From Raja brachyura (lineage: Eukaryota): 64,000 nucleotides of DNA. Shown piece after piece: positions 38,706 to 51,844 of the stretch. Where the stretch lies: positions 28,830,001 to 28,894,000 of the forward strand of contig OY740809.1 in NCBI GenBank assembly GCA_963514005.1, in the 5' to 3' direction. Position 1 is the first letter of the stretch, and every line of letters begins with the position of its first letter. The position numbers were made by a program, and so were the translations under genes. The notes under the pieces are model-generated. The model was not told the DNA's origin and did not search any database. It saw only the letters and a list, made by a program, of their open reading frames with translations.

Positions 38706-39025
38706 AGGGCCTGTCCCACTGTCCGAGGTAATTCAAGAGTTATCCCGAGTTTTCCCCGGATTTGAACTCGGAGAATGTCTGTAGCGGGTCCGTAGGAGTT
38801 TGTGGATGTCTCGTAGTGGCTCGTACGAGTAAATAGTAACCATTTTTGTTCATCATGAGTATTTTGTACAGTGTTGAAAAACGTCACGAGTTTACCAGAT
38901 TTCCCGTTACTCGTACGAGCCGCTACGAGACATCCACGAACTCCTACGGACCCGCTACAGACATTCTCCGAGTTCGAATCAGGGTAAAACTCAGGAGAAC
39001 TCTTGAATTACCTCGTACAGGCCCT
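38706..39025. mobile_element. Palindromic MITE, probably PIF/Harbinger
   Basis: TIR AGGGCCTGT; 3-bp TSD TCA (38703-38705, 39026-39028); ~120-bp inverted arms (38706-38832 / 38907-39025). Confidence 0.85.
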
Positions 39026-39384
39026 TCACTAAGGGAAATGGCATGTTGAGAACTCCAGATATCCATATTCTTGCCCTTATACTTGCTCTACACATGTAAG
39101 ACAGAGTTAGCGTCAATGTTTTGCTGATGGTTTTCCACTCAGAAGAAACCTCCCTGACTTGAAGCATCAATCTTTGATTTCTCCTCTGCACAGTAGATCT
39201 CAACCCTGCTGACCATTAAGTCCTTCCTCAAATTAGGAGACCACAACTGTATGCAATACTCCAGATGTGGTCTTACCAGAGCCCTATACAACTGCAGAAG
39301 AACCTCTTTACTCCTATACTGAAATCCTCTTCTTATGCTCCTGGTCTGGCATTGCTTGGTCCCCAACCCAGTGATGAATTACGT

Positions 39385-39975
39385 TTGAGAGAGAAAGGAG
39401 AGGGAAAACGTTGGGAGAAAGGATATTAAGACCATGACTGAGCGAAAGAAGGAAGGTGTGGAAACGAGGAGGGAAGTGAGTGATGGTGAAGATAGTGAAG
39501 GTGAGGAATGAAGCTAAGAGAGAGCGGAGAAATGGGAGAGGAGAGAGGAGTACAATAAGGGAGGAGAATGAAGTGAAAGGAAGAGTCAGCGGAAACAGAA
39601 GGTATAGGGAGGAGACAGGAAGGTCGAGAATAAGGGAGAGAGAAAAGTGGTGAGCGGGATAGTGAGGGGGTGATGGAGGGCTGGGAGGTTTTGAAGGGGA
39701 AGAGATTGTAAAAGTGGATGAAGAGTGAAGGGGAGAGGATTAACAGGAGATGAAGCAAGGAAGAAGAGGAAAGAAAAGATGTGAAGGAAAGGAGAGAGAA
39801 CTAGGAGTGGTAGAAATAGGGAAGGGGGGAAGAAATGGGAGGGGAGAGAAATGAGAGGCAGGAGAGAGACAAAGGAAAGAAGGGCCGATTGATAAGGAAT
39901 GAAATGCACTGAGATGAGAGAGGCGAAGGGTAAGGGAGATAGAGGGGAAAGAAGGGGTAAGGGGACTAGAGGAGG
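39385..39975 (+). repeat. ~600-bp purine-rich (G/A) low-complexity tract
   Basis: Strongly G/A-biased with no fixed period; followed by a C/T-rich stretch to ~40110. Confidence 0.9.
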
Positions 39976-40849
39976 TTCAGTGCAGCCATGGGCTCTCCGA
40001 GGCCATTCCCCCCTTCTACCCCAGCCCCTCTCTATTCCTCTCCATACTCCCTGCTTTACGCCCTGCCTTTCACACCACCTTTCATTCACTTCCTCACAAA
40101 GACTTCCTCACAAATATTTTCCATTCATGCCGTTCAAAAATATTGGTGATATATTTTTGTTTTACAACCCCAATTAAAACCACAATTTACTTGTCATTTT
40201 TTATAAATGCACAGTTAATTGCAACTAATTTTTAATCGCTCAGTAGTCATAATTATATTGCTACTACATTAAAGATGTTGATTATGATATTACATTGTGT
40301 TGTGATATTATGTTAACCATGCACACTACAACTAATAAAATCATATTTCATTTCTGATTCCAGTGGTAACTGGTCATAGATCTCTGTTTTGCCGATTATA
40401 TTATACCATGATTTTTGGGCCATTGTTATATTTAGAAATGTGCTTTATGAGTGACTGCCACATTTCCTAAGGGGTTGAATACTTTTAACTATAAAACAAG
40501 TTCAGAAGATGGTTAATAGGATGTCCTTGAAAGTCTTTCCGTGTGACTGATTGCAACAACTGCAATACTGGTGGTGCTGATAATTCCACACTGCTATTTG
40601 AGCTGTGAATTCCAGTACCTGGACTCAAGGAAATATTTTTCATATGTGTGCAACATGCAGGCATTAAACCTCATTAAACTTCTGTCCTTTTTCTCCTAGC
40701 TGGTGGACATAGCGGTTTTTGGAGGCATTGCTGATGTATCATTAGGAACACGGTGCAGTGCTTTCCGTTTGAGATTTAGAGGACAGGATTTATGGATGTT
40801 AGGGACTAAGGATATGCGGTCTTAGCTGGGGCAAAACATTTGATATTCG

Positions 40850-41245
40850 TGTGGAAACAAGGAACTGCAGATGCTGGTTTATTTTTTAAAAAGGCACAAA
40901 GTGCTGGAGTAACTCAGCGGGTCAGACAGCATCCCTGGAGAACATAGATAGGTGTCGGTGATGAAACATTGGCACCTATCCGTGTTCTCCAGAGATGCTT
41001 CCTGATCTGCTGAGTTACTCCAGCACTTTGTGACGGAAGAATGGTCCTGACCTGGAACGTCACCTATACTTTATCTCCAGAGATGCTGCCTGACACGCTG
41101 ACTTACTCCAGCACTTTGTGTCTATCTTTGCTTCCTGACCCACTGAGTAACTCCAGCACTTTATGTCTGAAGAAGGCTCCCAACCCAAAACGTCACCTAT
41201 ACTTTATCGCCAGAGATGCTGCCTGACCCGTTACATCACTCAAAC
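40850..41245. mobile_element. Multimer of Penelope-derived terminal repeats (one inverted, three to four direct)
   Basis: Repeated GATGCTGCCTGACNCGCTGA.TTACTCCAGCACTTT units. Confidence 0.8.
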
Positions 41246-41399
41246 AATTTGCATCCTTTAATATTCATGTTCATGTTTCTTCTTCTCTTATGCGACAGAA
41301 TTTGAATGATGCCACTCATGCTGCCTTGTGGAAAGGCGGATCCTATTTCACACCTACGCTGTCCGAAGGTAGTCATCTCCCCTTTCTAAGGCTATCACA

Positions 41400-43480
41400 T
41401 TTGCACATAAAGGGATGACTGGCAAGTGGGAAGCTTTCAAAAGTGAGACAAGATGAGTTCAGGGTCAGCATGTTCCTGTTAGTGTGAAGGTCAAGTGTAG
41501 GAGTGAAGGTCAAGGCTGGCAGAATTAAAGAGCCTTGGCTGATGAGGGTTTATCAGGAAAAATGAGACATATGTCAGGTTTTAAGCAGATAGGATCAAGC
41601 GCGTGCCTTGAGGAGTAGAAGTACATTTAATAAGGAAATTTGAGGGCTAAAGGGACTAGGAGATATCCCTGGAAGACAAGATAAATCAGAATCCTATGAA
41701 GATTTCATGTATATTAAGAACAAGTGGGTAGCTAGGGAGAGTCATAGTCATATATTCATAAAATGTCAAAACCTGCCTTTTAGCCCAACTTCACATGCCG
41801 ACCAACATTCCACATCTATACCAGTTTTGTCTGCCAGCATTTGGCCCATCTCCCTCTAAACCTCCCATATTCATCTACCTGTCCAAATGTTTCTTCAACA
41901 TTGTGATAGCACCTACCTCAACGACCTTCTTGTTCCATACACCCACCACCCTCTGTATAAAAAAAGTTGCCCCTCAGGTTCCTATTAAATCAATCCCCCC
42001 TCATCTTAATAGACAATAGACAATAGGTGCAGGAGTAGGCCATTCGGCCCTTCGAGCCAGCATCGCCATTTGATGTGATCATGGCTGATCATCCCCAATC
42101 AGTACCCCGTTCCTGCCTTCTCCCCATATCCCCCGACTCTGCTATCTTTAAGAGCCCTATCTAGTTCTCTCTTGAAATTATCCAGAGAACCGGCCTCCAA
42201 CGCCCTCTGAGGCAAAGAATTCCACAGACTCACAACACTCTGTGAGAAAAAGTGTTTCCTCGTCTCCGTTCTAAATGGCTTACCCCTTATTCTTAAACTG
42301 TCGTCCCTGGTACTGGACCCCCAACATTGGAAACATGTTTCCTGCCTCTAGCGTGTCCAAACCCATAACCAATAAGATATCCTCTCATCCTTCTAAACTC
42401 CAGTGTATACAAGCCCAGCCATTCCATTCTCTCAGCATATGACAGTCCCGCCATCCCGGGAATTAACCAGTTCTCTGGTTTTCAATTCCCCTACTCTGGA
42501 TTATAGAGTCTATGCATTTATCCTATCTCTTCATGATCTTGTACAACGCTATAAGATCACCCCTCATCCTCCTGCGCTCCAATAAATAAAGCCCCAGCCT
42601 GCACAACCTCTCCCTGTAGCTTAGGCTCTCGAGTCCTGGCAACACCCTCATAAATCTGTTCTACACCCTTTCCAGCTTAACACCACCTTTCCTATAACAT
42701 GGTGACCAAAACTGAACACAGTACTCTAAATGTGGCCTCACCAATGTCTTGTACAACTGTAACTATACCTCCCAACTTCTATAGAGTAGGTCCCTATAAG
42801 GATTTGTTTTGGTGACCTATGTGTGGAACCATAGGAAATGCTCGAGGTTTTAACTTAATACTCTCAGCAGTATTTACTGTTAACATGGCATGCAAGCTAG
42901 TGAGCTCAGGGGGTGAAAGTCATGTTGTGGCCTCTCAACATCATGAAAGAGGAGGGTTTGGAGGTCTTGAAACATAAAAGCTGTTTCAACGTATAAAAGT
43001 GACAGGACAGAGGTACATAAAATTATGGGAAGCATAAAAAAATAGCCATGCCTGTTTCCCAAACTCTGAAACTCGAGTCTCCAGTTTTATGGCCAGAGGG
43101 AGGAGTTTTAAAGGGGGTCTGTGAAGACTAGATTTTTCACAGGCAGAGAGAGGGTAGACAGTCAAAACCTTCTTCCCAGTGTGGAAATGTCAAAATCTAG
43201 AGGATAGCTTTAAGGTGAGAAAGAGAAAGTTAAAAGGAGATGTGCTGAACAAGTTATTTTACACAGAGGGTGGTAGGTGCCTGGGATGTGTTACCAGGGT
43301 TGGTGGTAGAGGCAGATTGGATAGCAGTGTTTACGAGGCTTTTAGATAGGTACATGGCTGTGCAGGGATGAAGGGATATGGATCACCAGCAGGCACAAGA
43401 GATCATGTTCAACATGGTATCATGTTCGGCGTGGACATTGTGGACCGAAGGGCCTGTTCCAGTGCTGTACTGTTTTATGT
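41400..43480. mobile_element. CR1 fragments including a nested CR1 (42008-42468) within CR1 (41740-42785)
   Basis: AATAGACAATAGACAATAG tail of the nested copy; ORF2 end motifs. Confidence 0.8.
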
Positions 43481-44056
43481 TATTTAATAAGCAAGCTACT
43501 CGGTCATTATGGCCATCGCAGGTGCATTCACTCTGCAGCAACTAAAGCAAAGGCAAAGGAGATTTATTTTATTGGCACATACACCAATTGGTGCAGTGAA
43601 ATTGATGCAGCAACTGCTGCTGAAGTGAGAACTGGAACCCATGTGTGAATCCCAGAGCTTGAGAAACAAAGGGCAGATTTAGTTAAAGGTCAAGTGCATG
43701 AGGTCGTAGGGTCATAAGTGATAGGAGCAGAATTAGGCCATCCAGCCTTTTAAGTTTACTCCACCTGATCTATCTCTCCCACTTAACCCCATTCTCCTGC
43801 CTTCTCCCCATAACCCCTGACACCTAATCAAGACTATATCTAGCTCTGCCTTAAATGCAACGTCTCGCATCTGACACCTTCATTGTTTCTCTTTCCGCAA
43901 ATACTGCCTGACCTGTTGAGTGTTTCAGTGAACGAGGACGGACCGCCGCGACCCCGGGAGGATGCAGGGAACAGCAACTCCTGTCCATCAGTTATACGTA
44001 CAATTTACGCAGGGAACAAAGGGGCCTGAAATCACCCTCGATGCACGTCCCTGCAG

Positions 44057-44910
44057 AGCACACAGATACAAACACACACACACTTACTCACACACAGACT
44101 CACCCACACACTTACTAACTCACACACACACACACAAACTTGCTAACACACACACACACACAGAATCACACACACTCACACTGACACACACACATACTAA
44201 CACACATAGAAACATAGAAATTAGGTGCAGGAGTAGGCCATTCGGCCCTTCGAGCCTGCACCGCCATTCAATATGATCATGGCTGATCATCCAACTCAGT
44301 ATCCCGTACCTGCCTTCTCTCCATACCCTCTGATCCCCTTAGCCACAAGGGCCACATCTAACTCCCTCTTAAATATAGCCAATGAACTGGCCTCAATTAC
44401 CCTCTTTGGCAGAGAGTTCCAGAGACCCATCACTCTGTGTGTGAAAAAAGTCCTTCTCATCTCAGTCCTAAAGGATTTCCCCCTTATCCTTAAGCTGTGA
44501 CCCCTTGTCCTGGACCTCCCCAACATCGGGAACAATCTTCGTGCATCTAGCCTGTCCAACCCCTTAAGAATTTTGTACGTTTCTATAAGATCCCCTCTCA
44601 ATCTCCTAAATTCTAGAGAGTAAAAACCGAGTCTATCCAGTCTTTCTTCATGAGACAGTCCTGACATCCAAGGAATCACACACACACTAACACACAAACA
44701 CACACACACTAACACAACATCCACCCACACACACTCACTCGCACACAAACACTCACTGGCACACAATCCCTCACACACACACACACACACACTCACACAC
44801 AAACACACACACACACACAAACACGCACACTAACACGCACACACACAAACACTCACTAACACACACACATTCACTCACACACAGACACACACTCACACAC
44901 ACACTCTCAA
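44057..44910. repeat. Imperfect (CA)n tract split by a CR1 insertion
   Basis: CA repeats at 44057-44205 and 44678-44910. Confidence 0.9.
44205..44677 (-). mobile_element. Young CR1 3' end with uninterrupted ORF2 C-terminus
   Basis: MSGLSHEERLDRLGFYSLEFRRLRGDLIETYKILKG...IRGYGEKAGTGY*; (TATGTTTC)n tail. Confidence 0.9.
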
Positions 44911-45189
44911 ACAACATGCCACTTCTGACAGGTTACCCCCATATCACCCCGCTCCCTTCAAATTATAGCTTATACTGAACTAATTCCTGATCTTTATTGG
45001 GTGTGTTTTATGGGCGGCACGGTCGAGCAGCGGTAACGACACGGGTTCGATCCCGACCACGGGCGCTGTCTGTGCGGAGTTTGTACGTTCTCCCCGTGAA
45101 CCTGGGTTTTCCACAAGATCCCCGGTACAAGGAACGGGGAAACGCCACATTTTAGACACAGGAATGTCATCGGAATGAGGGAGAGATAA

Positions 45190-46520
45190 AGCGGGTGGAT
45201 TGGCGGGGAGGGAGGGAGCGGGAGAGAGGGGAGGGGTGGGAGCACGCAGGGGGTGCGGGGAGGGAGGAAAGGGAGTTGTTGCGGGGGGGGGGGAGCGCGG
45301 ATGGGGGGGGGGAGTTGTTAAGAAAGTTAATAACTAGCATCTTTAATAAATGCCACCGAGCTGCCAGGGCGCCGCGGCGATGGACCAGACGCCTTGTGTC
45401 CTCCGTTTTGTAACAGATAACCCCCTTCCTTACCTTTGAGAGCTTTCAGTTGAGTCACTTTCAGCGGTGTCCATTGTCTTGTGTCTCTTCATTCTCCGCA
45501 CCCCTTATTGTAGAGTGTGGGAGACGTTGTCTCGTTCCTCCTATGGTCAGGTAATGTGTCTTTTCTTACCCCCCCTCCCCCGCCCCAAAACCCCCCAAAC
45601 CACAGTCCTTTGAACCACTTCTGCCAAACAACAAGAGTTTTGTCGCAAACTTCTCCCGGCTCCTTTCTCTGGCAGGGAGTGAATGGGCCGCCTCGATACC
45701 ATCGCCAGGACAACGGCTAATCCACTCAGCGCTGCGCCGTCTAACTCCAAGAGAAGGAAATGTTGGCTTGCGTTTTTAAACTAACTTTAACATAAACAAA
45801 CAGAACTTGCTTCCCCTTCCTTTCCTGTTGGTTCAAGGGCTTGGTTCGCCTCCTTTCAATAAAATCCAGGTTGTTCCCAAGTCACCTGTAGCACAAGGAG
45901 CGAGGGGAAAGGGATTATTTGTGGGGAAAGTCTCGGACAATTTTGCATTCCACAGCTTCGTCGGAATGCCCCTCCACGCCGGAGAACTTAAAAAAAAACT
46001 CCAGACAGGGTGTGGGATAACTCAAGGCCACTTCAAAACAAAAAGTCAATTTACACGCCCCCGCCCCCGCCCCCGCCCCCACCGCATTCCCCTCGCCGTT
46101 CCCATCTCGCCCAAAATTTCCAAACTCATTTTCCCAAGACTACCAATGAAAGACCCAAGACATGTAAAAACACGCCCCACGGCTTCGGTGTCCCCTGCTT
46201 TTTTGTGTCCATCTTCAGATATGTTCTGTGGAAGCCTATCTCCTTCGCTCCTTAGATGCTGCTGCACCCGCTGGGTTTCTCCAGCCTTTTGTGTACCCCC
46301 TTCAGATATGTTCTTATATTTACAGTCTTCTTAACTTATCTATACGCGCAACCCTAGTCATTCACGCGTTCATTGTCGCGGCGTCTAAATTCTGGGCCAT
46401 CCCGTCCAACACTGTTGAGGAAACGTTTCCATCTGAAGAACTGTCGCAGTCCAAGCAGGCGACTCGCCACTACTTTCTGAAGAATATTGAGGGAAGTACA
46501 ACGCACTCTGGCGTTGCCAA
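45190..46520. promoter_or_regulatory. Second CpG-rich, mostly unique island with GC boxes
   Basis: CG-rich; tandem CCCCGC repeats at ~46055-46080; G-tracts at 45200-45315. Confidence 0.5.
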
Positions 46521-46894
46521 CTTCACTCCGCCTCTGAAATAATAAACGAATGGGACATGTCAAACCCTCATACTCCTCTCCAGAGAGCGCCTGCCCATTG
46601 CCTCCACAGATGCTGCCTGACCTGCCGAGTTCCTCGAGCACGTTGCGTATTGTTCAAAAGATTCCAGCATCTGCTATTTCATGTATCCGCCTCCCATAGT
46701 GAGTGCACTGGCAACTAGTCAGCGTCAGTTGAGCGTTTAGAGATTAACATCTCGTCTGAAAGATGTCACCTTCGCCAGAGCAGCCCCGGGCATTGAGAGT
46801 TGAATTGGGAAGCATCCACATAGAGGTTCAGATGGTGATCTCCTGACTCTCGGCCATTGGTCTATCCAGTTCAATTGAGTCAGTTTAGAGAATT

Positions 46895-47031
46895 GGGGTG
46901 GGAGATCGTAACCTTCAATTGTAACCCTGTTTCAACGAATGCAATCGACCTGGCGTGCACAATCAATTAAGATCAAATAGAACACGTTGTCCTACACCTT
47001 TAGGCTGTGCACGCCATACGCAAGAAGAAGA
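46895..47031 (+). mobile_element. Full-length 137-bp retroposon with HDV-like 5' end and (AAG)n tail
   Basis: 13-bp TSD AGTTT(A/G)GAGAATT at 46882-46894 and 47032-47044; second copy at 9962-10082. Confidence 0.85.
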
Positions 47032-48332
47032 AGTTTGGAGAATTGATGAACAGAACCCACACAGGAGGTGCTCGTTGTACCTGGCCATTACAACTAAACC
47101 CTCTGATGAAATGATAGGGAATGGTTTGTTGGCCCATCGAAGAGCAAGGGCGGTAACATCTATGAGCAGCGAAGGGGCTACAGAGGGTGCAACCACAAGT
47201 CCACTGTGGCAGAACCACTAGTTATGTACCGGGTTCCATGATATAACAAGTCCATCTCGTAGCTGGTTCTAAGATGTCGAACACCTATTGTACAGCAAGA
47301 ATAATCAACTCACAAATATTTTGTGTTATTAGTTTGACACAATTAGCCGTATGATGTGAGTTCATAAGTTCACAAGTTGTATGAGCAGAATTAGGCCATT
47401 TGGCCCATATTGTCTACTCCGCCAATCAATCCTGTATGATTTATCTTTCCCTCTCAATCCCATTCTCATGAGTTCAGCCAGAGTATGTCCATAGTCTTAT
47501 TGAATATTTGAAGGGGCAAATTGGTTTGGCACGAGAACCCAACTGAAACCAGAATCGAAGAATAGATGAAGTAGTACATTTCATAAAACGCGGCTATATC
47601 TTCAACGATGTAAAATATGTAGAATATTCCATTCTTTCCCAACTTTATATATATATATATACATTCTCTTTGTTTAATCTTTTTCTACTATTTTCTACCT
47701 TTATAAAAAATGGAAAAAAATATATAGAAGCACAATTATTAAGCACCACCACTGTCCACCTTCCATGTAAGACGTGAAATGAGATTATGCCTGTATCCGC
47801 ATCCCTGTATCCCTTCCTTATCACCTGTTCCACAGCTAACAATGGGTCATTATGGGCTTCACTCTTCCTTGGTCATCTGTTGCTGGTCCTGATTGACCCC
47901 CCCCCCTCCCCTGATTGCCTGAGGGGGCAACCTTTGCACTGAGTGGGTGGTGGGCATACGGAATGTACTTCCAGAGGAGGTAGTTGACAACCTTTAAAGG
48001 ACAGCACAACAACAATAACACATTTAAAGGACAGGTACATAGATAAGAAAGGTTTAGAGGGACATGTGCCAAATGCGGTCAAATGGGACTAGTTTAGATG
48101 GGGCCTCTTGGCCGGCATGGGCCGAAGGGCCTGTTTCTGTGCTACATGACTGTCTCTATAACTAATTGAAAAATGAGTTGACACGGGGTGCTGGGATCTC
48201 TCAATGATTGCAATGTGGTGCATACGCATAGATTATATAAACGTATAGTGCGTGCGTACAGTTATTGCTTGCTCGGTATTATTAATCAACAGTTGCATTA
48301 ATAATGTTTGTCACAGATCTGAAAGTTAGGCT

Positions 48333-48352
48333 GCGGCTCCCTCTGGTGACAG
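48333..48352 (-). promoter_or_regulatory. Candidate CTCF site
   Basis: Minus strand CTGTCACCAGAGGGAGCCGC matches the CTCF core (CCACCAGGGGGCGC-type) in unique sequence. Confidence 0.6.
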
Positions 48353-48600
48353 AAATGAAGTACCTCACGTTTCGTCATGTTTTTTATATAAGAGCTATTT
48401 GCTCCTTAATTTGATGGTTTTACAACTAAAGATTTTAAGCAGTAACATATCTTTTCAAGTAGTCCTACCTAGCCCATTCCTTTCCCACAGCTCTGTAATT
48501 TTATTTGCTGGATTGTATCCAATTCCCTTTTTGAAACTTAAGACATCAATACTAAGCCCCCATTGAGGCCAATTTCCTTGGATAGTGTACAATATGTGGA

Positions 48601-50740
48601 ATCTGAAGAAGGGTCTCGGCCCGAAACGTCGCATATTATTTTTCTCCAGAGATGCTGCCTGACCCGCTGAGTTACTCCAGGTTTTTGTGTCTATCTATGG
48701 AATCCATGAGCCAACTTGCACTGCGTGTGTGGAGCATTGTTTCAACACAGCAGCACATTGCAAAACCCCCCAGGAACAAAAGAAGACTGGGCCCAGGTAA
48801 TCAGATCTGACCGGTTCAAGAACAATTACTTTCCTCCAGCTAGAAAAGACAGAGTGCTGGAGGACCCCAACGGGTCAGGCAGCATCCCTGGAGAACATGG
48901 AAAGGTGCCGTTTCGTTCACCAGCCTGAAGGGCCCCGACCCGAAACGTCACCTTTCCATGTTCTCCAGGGATGCAGCGTGACCCGTTGAGTTATTCCAGC
49001 ACTTTGTCTTTTTTTTGTAAACATGTATCTGCAGTTCCATGTTCCTACTTTCCCACAGCCATCAGGTTCTTGAACCGATCTCGACAACACTAATCTTACC
49101 TTAGCATGGAATACCACAGAGCATCTCTTGCACTACCATGGACTTGTTTCCTAATTATCTATCTTTGCATTAATGGCAGTATTTGGCATAATCTTTTTGC
49201 ACACTTCCAGATTTTACGTGTAATTTATGTATTTTTGTATATGACGATGATCTCCACTTGACTTGCCGTAGACTTTCAGTGAAGGAAAGTGGATCACTAT
49301 GACTGAAGCCCAAAGGAGGACATACTTGTTTCATCTTCAGCGAAGGAGGGAATGCATCTTGCCTTCCTCCTCCTCTCTACAGCAGCAACTGATGCTTCTT
49401 AATCCTCCTTGTATTCCTCATTGATACCAGAAAAAAGGAGATGATCAAGCAAGTTCTCGATGCTGGTGGCCTGATACCAAGTTAGCTCTTGTGTTAGATT
49501 AGTTTATTGTCACGTGTACCAAGGTACAATGAAAAACTTTTTGTTGCGTGCTAATCAGTCAGCGGAAAGACTATACATTATTACAATCGAGCCATCCAGT
49601 GTACAGATACAGGGTAAAGGGAATAACATTTAGTCAGTGTGAGATAAAGTCCAGTCAAGTCCGATTAAAGATAGTCCGAGGATTTGCAATGAGGTAGGAT
49701 GGTTCAGTTGCCTGATAACAGCTAGGAATAAACTGTCTCTGAATCTGATAGTCACAATTCATCCAATAGTCAAAATAATCCACGAGAAAGCTATTTCTTC
49801 TTCATATCAATAGATGTCGGCCATAAAAAAATGTCCCATTGAATCAGAGCTTGAAGGGGCAACCACCTAAGAGAGCTACATAGAATACAGAATGGAATCA
49901 GGCTCTTCAACTCGCAGTGCCTGTGCTGACCATAATGCCAAATTGAGCTAACCCCATGTGCCTACACATGGTGTCTTTCCTACCATTCCCAGCCTGTTTA
50001 AGTGCCAGTCTAAATACCTCTGAACAGCGCTACCTTATCTGCTCTACCCCTTTAGCTCTGGCAGTGTGTACCACATACCTGAAAAACCTGCCTCATAAGT
50101 ATGATTTGAACTTCTCCCTCTCATCAACAAGCTAACCCCTTTGGTGTTTACCCTGGGAAAAAGATTCTGACTGCCTACATTAATTCTTCCTCTCCTATAT
50201 ATTTTATATACTTCCAACAGCCTCTGAAGTTCCAGAGAAAACAATCCAAGTTTATCCAACCGCTCATTGTAGCCAATACATTGTAATCCAAGCAACAACC
50301 TAACAAATTACTTCTGCATCCTCTGCAAAGCTTCCACATTTGCCAGCTGTAATGTTGCCAAAACTGCACACAATACTCCAATATAACCCAGGCAATCATC
50401 CCCACACAAGCTGCCATTCTTCCTTTTATTACTCCCATTGTTGATATTTTGCTAGATGAATTCACAGCTCAAAAAGTTTAAGGAAGACCTTCAATAACAT
50501 CCCTTATATGGCATTAATTATATAATGAATGATTCTTGATTCCAGAATTCTCACCTCTCTGTCTCCTTAAAAAAAGCTTCAAATCAACCTTTGTTCCAAG
50601 TTTTGGGCAGCTTGTCATTACCAAAGATCTTAGAGTGGTTCTTTGGTCATTACATCCTCGTAAGTGGCTTGGTTTGATAATACTGTTGTGAAACGTCTTG
50701 GTGTGTTAAAGGCACCATAATAATGTAAATTGTTGTTACA
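48601..50740. mobile_element. Mixed TE cluster: hammerhead elements (48602-48697, 48845-49045), Rex1 3' pieces, CR1 (-), L2 tail
   Basis: CTGAAGAAGGGTCTCGGCCCGAAACGTC at 48603; TTTATTGTCACGTGTACC Rex1-type tail at 49503; GTGAAACGTCTTGG..AAAGGCACC L2-type end at ~50690. Confidence 0.7.
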
Positions 50741-51019
50741 CAGGGATCTCAATGATCTCATATATAAGTCCATCTGATCAAATACTCTGTGTTTAAGAAG
50801 GAACTGCAGATGCTGGAAAATCGAAGGTAGTCCCATTCACCCTACAATGGGTAAAACATTAGGGCTTCTCATGGCTGATGGAGTGGAAGGCCTAATGTTC
50901 CAGGTGACATATTTGACAATCATCAACATGATTCCCCTCACCTGACTGCTGAAGGGTCAACAGGAAGTCAAGAAGCAAGCCTCTCACCCGCTCAAAAATA
51001 GCACCTTCTGTGTATTAAT

Positions 51020-51625
51020 GAGTGCTGGCCTCCATTCTGAGTTAGAAGGCCATGACCCAGGTTGCACTCCACGGGTCAGTCCATGTAATCTAAATCCACA
51101 CACCAATGCTGTCTCGTCAGGTTCGTGAATGCTATACAACTCAACAATAATCTTCCATGCACTATCTTTAATTGTTGCATTGTTCTGCACAGGTTAAGTG
51201 TTTTGCGCAGGTTATTAATTTGTTGAATTTTTGTTCATTATTTGTTATCTACATCTGTTGTGTTTACAGGCGCATTATGTTGCTGTAAGTAAGAATTTAA
51301 TTGTTCCATTGTCGGTACATATGACAATTAATCACTCTCACTAGAACCCATTAAACAGAGATGGTTCTCATGGGTAATATAAATGATCCATTGAGTTGAT
51401 TTCAACAAAGAGAATGGGAGTATTCATCATCTCCCAACCAATAATTATTCTGCAGTCAACATCACGAAAATATGGATAATCGATTGTTTTTATTTTGGCA
51501 TATGTGGGAGAATGCTGTGAATAAATTGGCTGCTGTTTATTCTATATTACCGTAGTCACTGTCAAGTACTTGATAAGTTGTTAAGTCCTACAGGATATCC
51601 TGAGGTTATAAAAGGGTCGTACTTT
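51020..51625 (+). mobile_element. Old DeuSINE (SacSINE1-like) with an internal Rex1-type insertion
   Basis: GATCCATTG..CAACATCACGAAAA..TGTGGGAGAATGCTGTGAATAAATTGGCTGCTG..GGATATCCTGAGGTT resembles the Deu domain and L2-type tail. Confidence 0.65.
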
Positions 51626-51844
51626 TCCTTTCCATGACTCGATGGATAAACAGAATGCCAAATATCCAATGCGACTGCCAGGTTTTTGTTATGGTACCAA
51701 TATGGTATCCAACTGGGGTTTGAAAATACTTCAGTTGATCTCAGTGTCTCTGGAGAGAACATAAAATCAGACGACATCTTGGGGGAATAAGCAAAAGAAA
51801 TGACAAATCTGCTTGGGCTCCTATCTATTATCCAATAACTCCAA

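Noticed and set aside
39426-40089. Leu/Pro/Ser-rich minus-strand ORFs
   Set aside because: By-product of the purine tract
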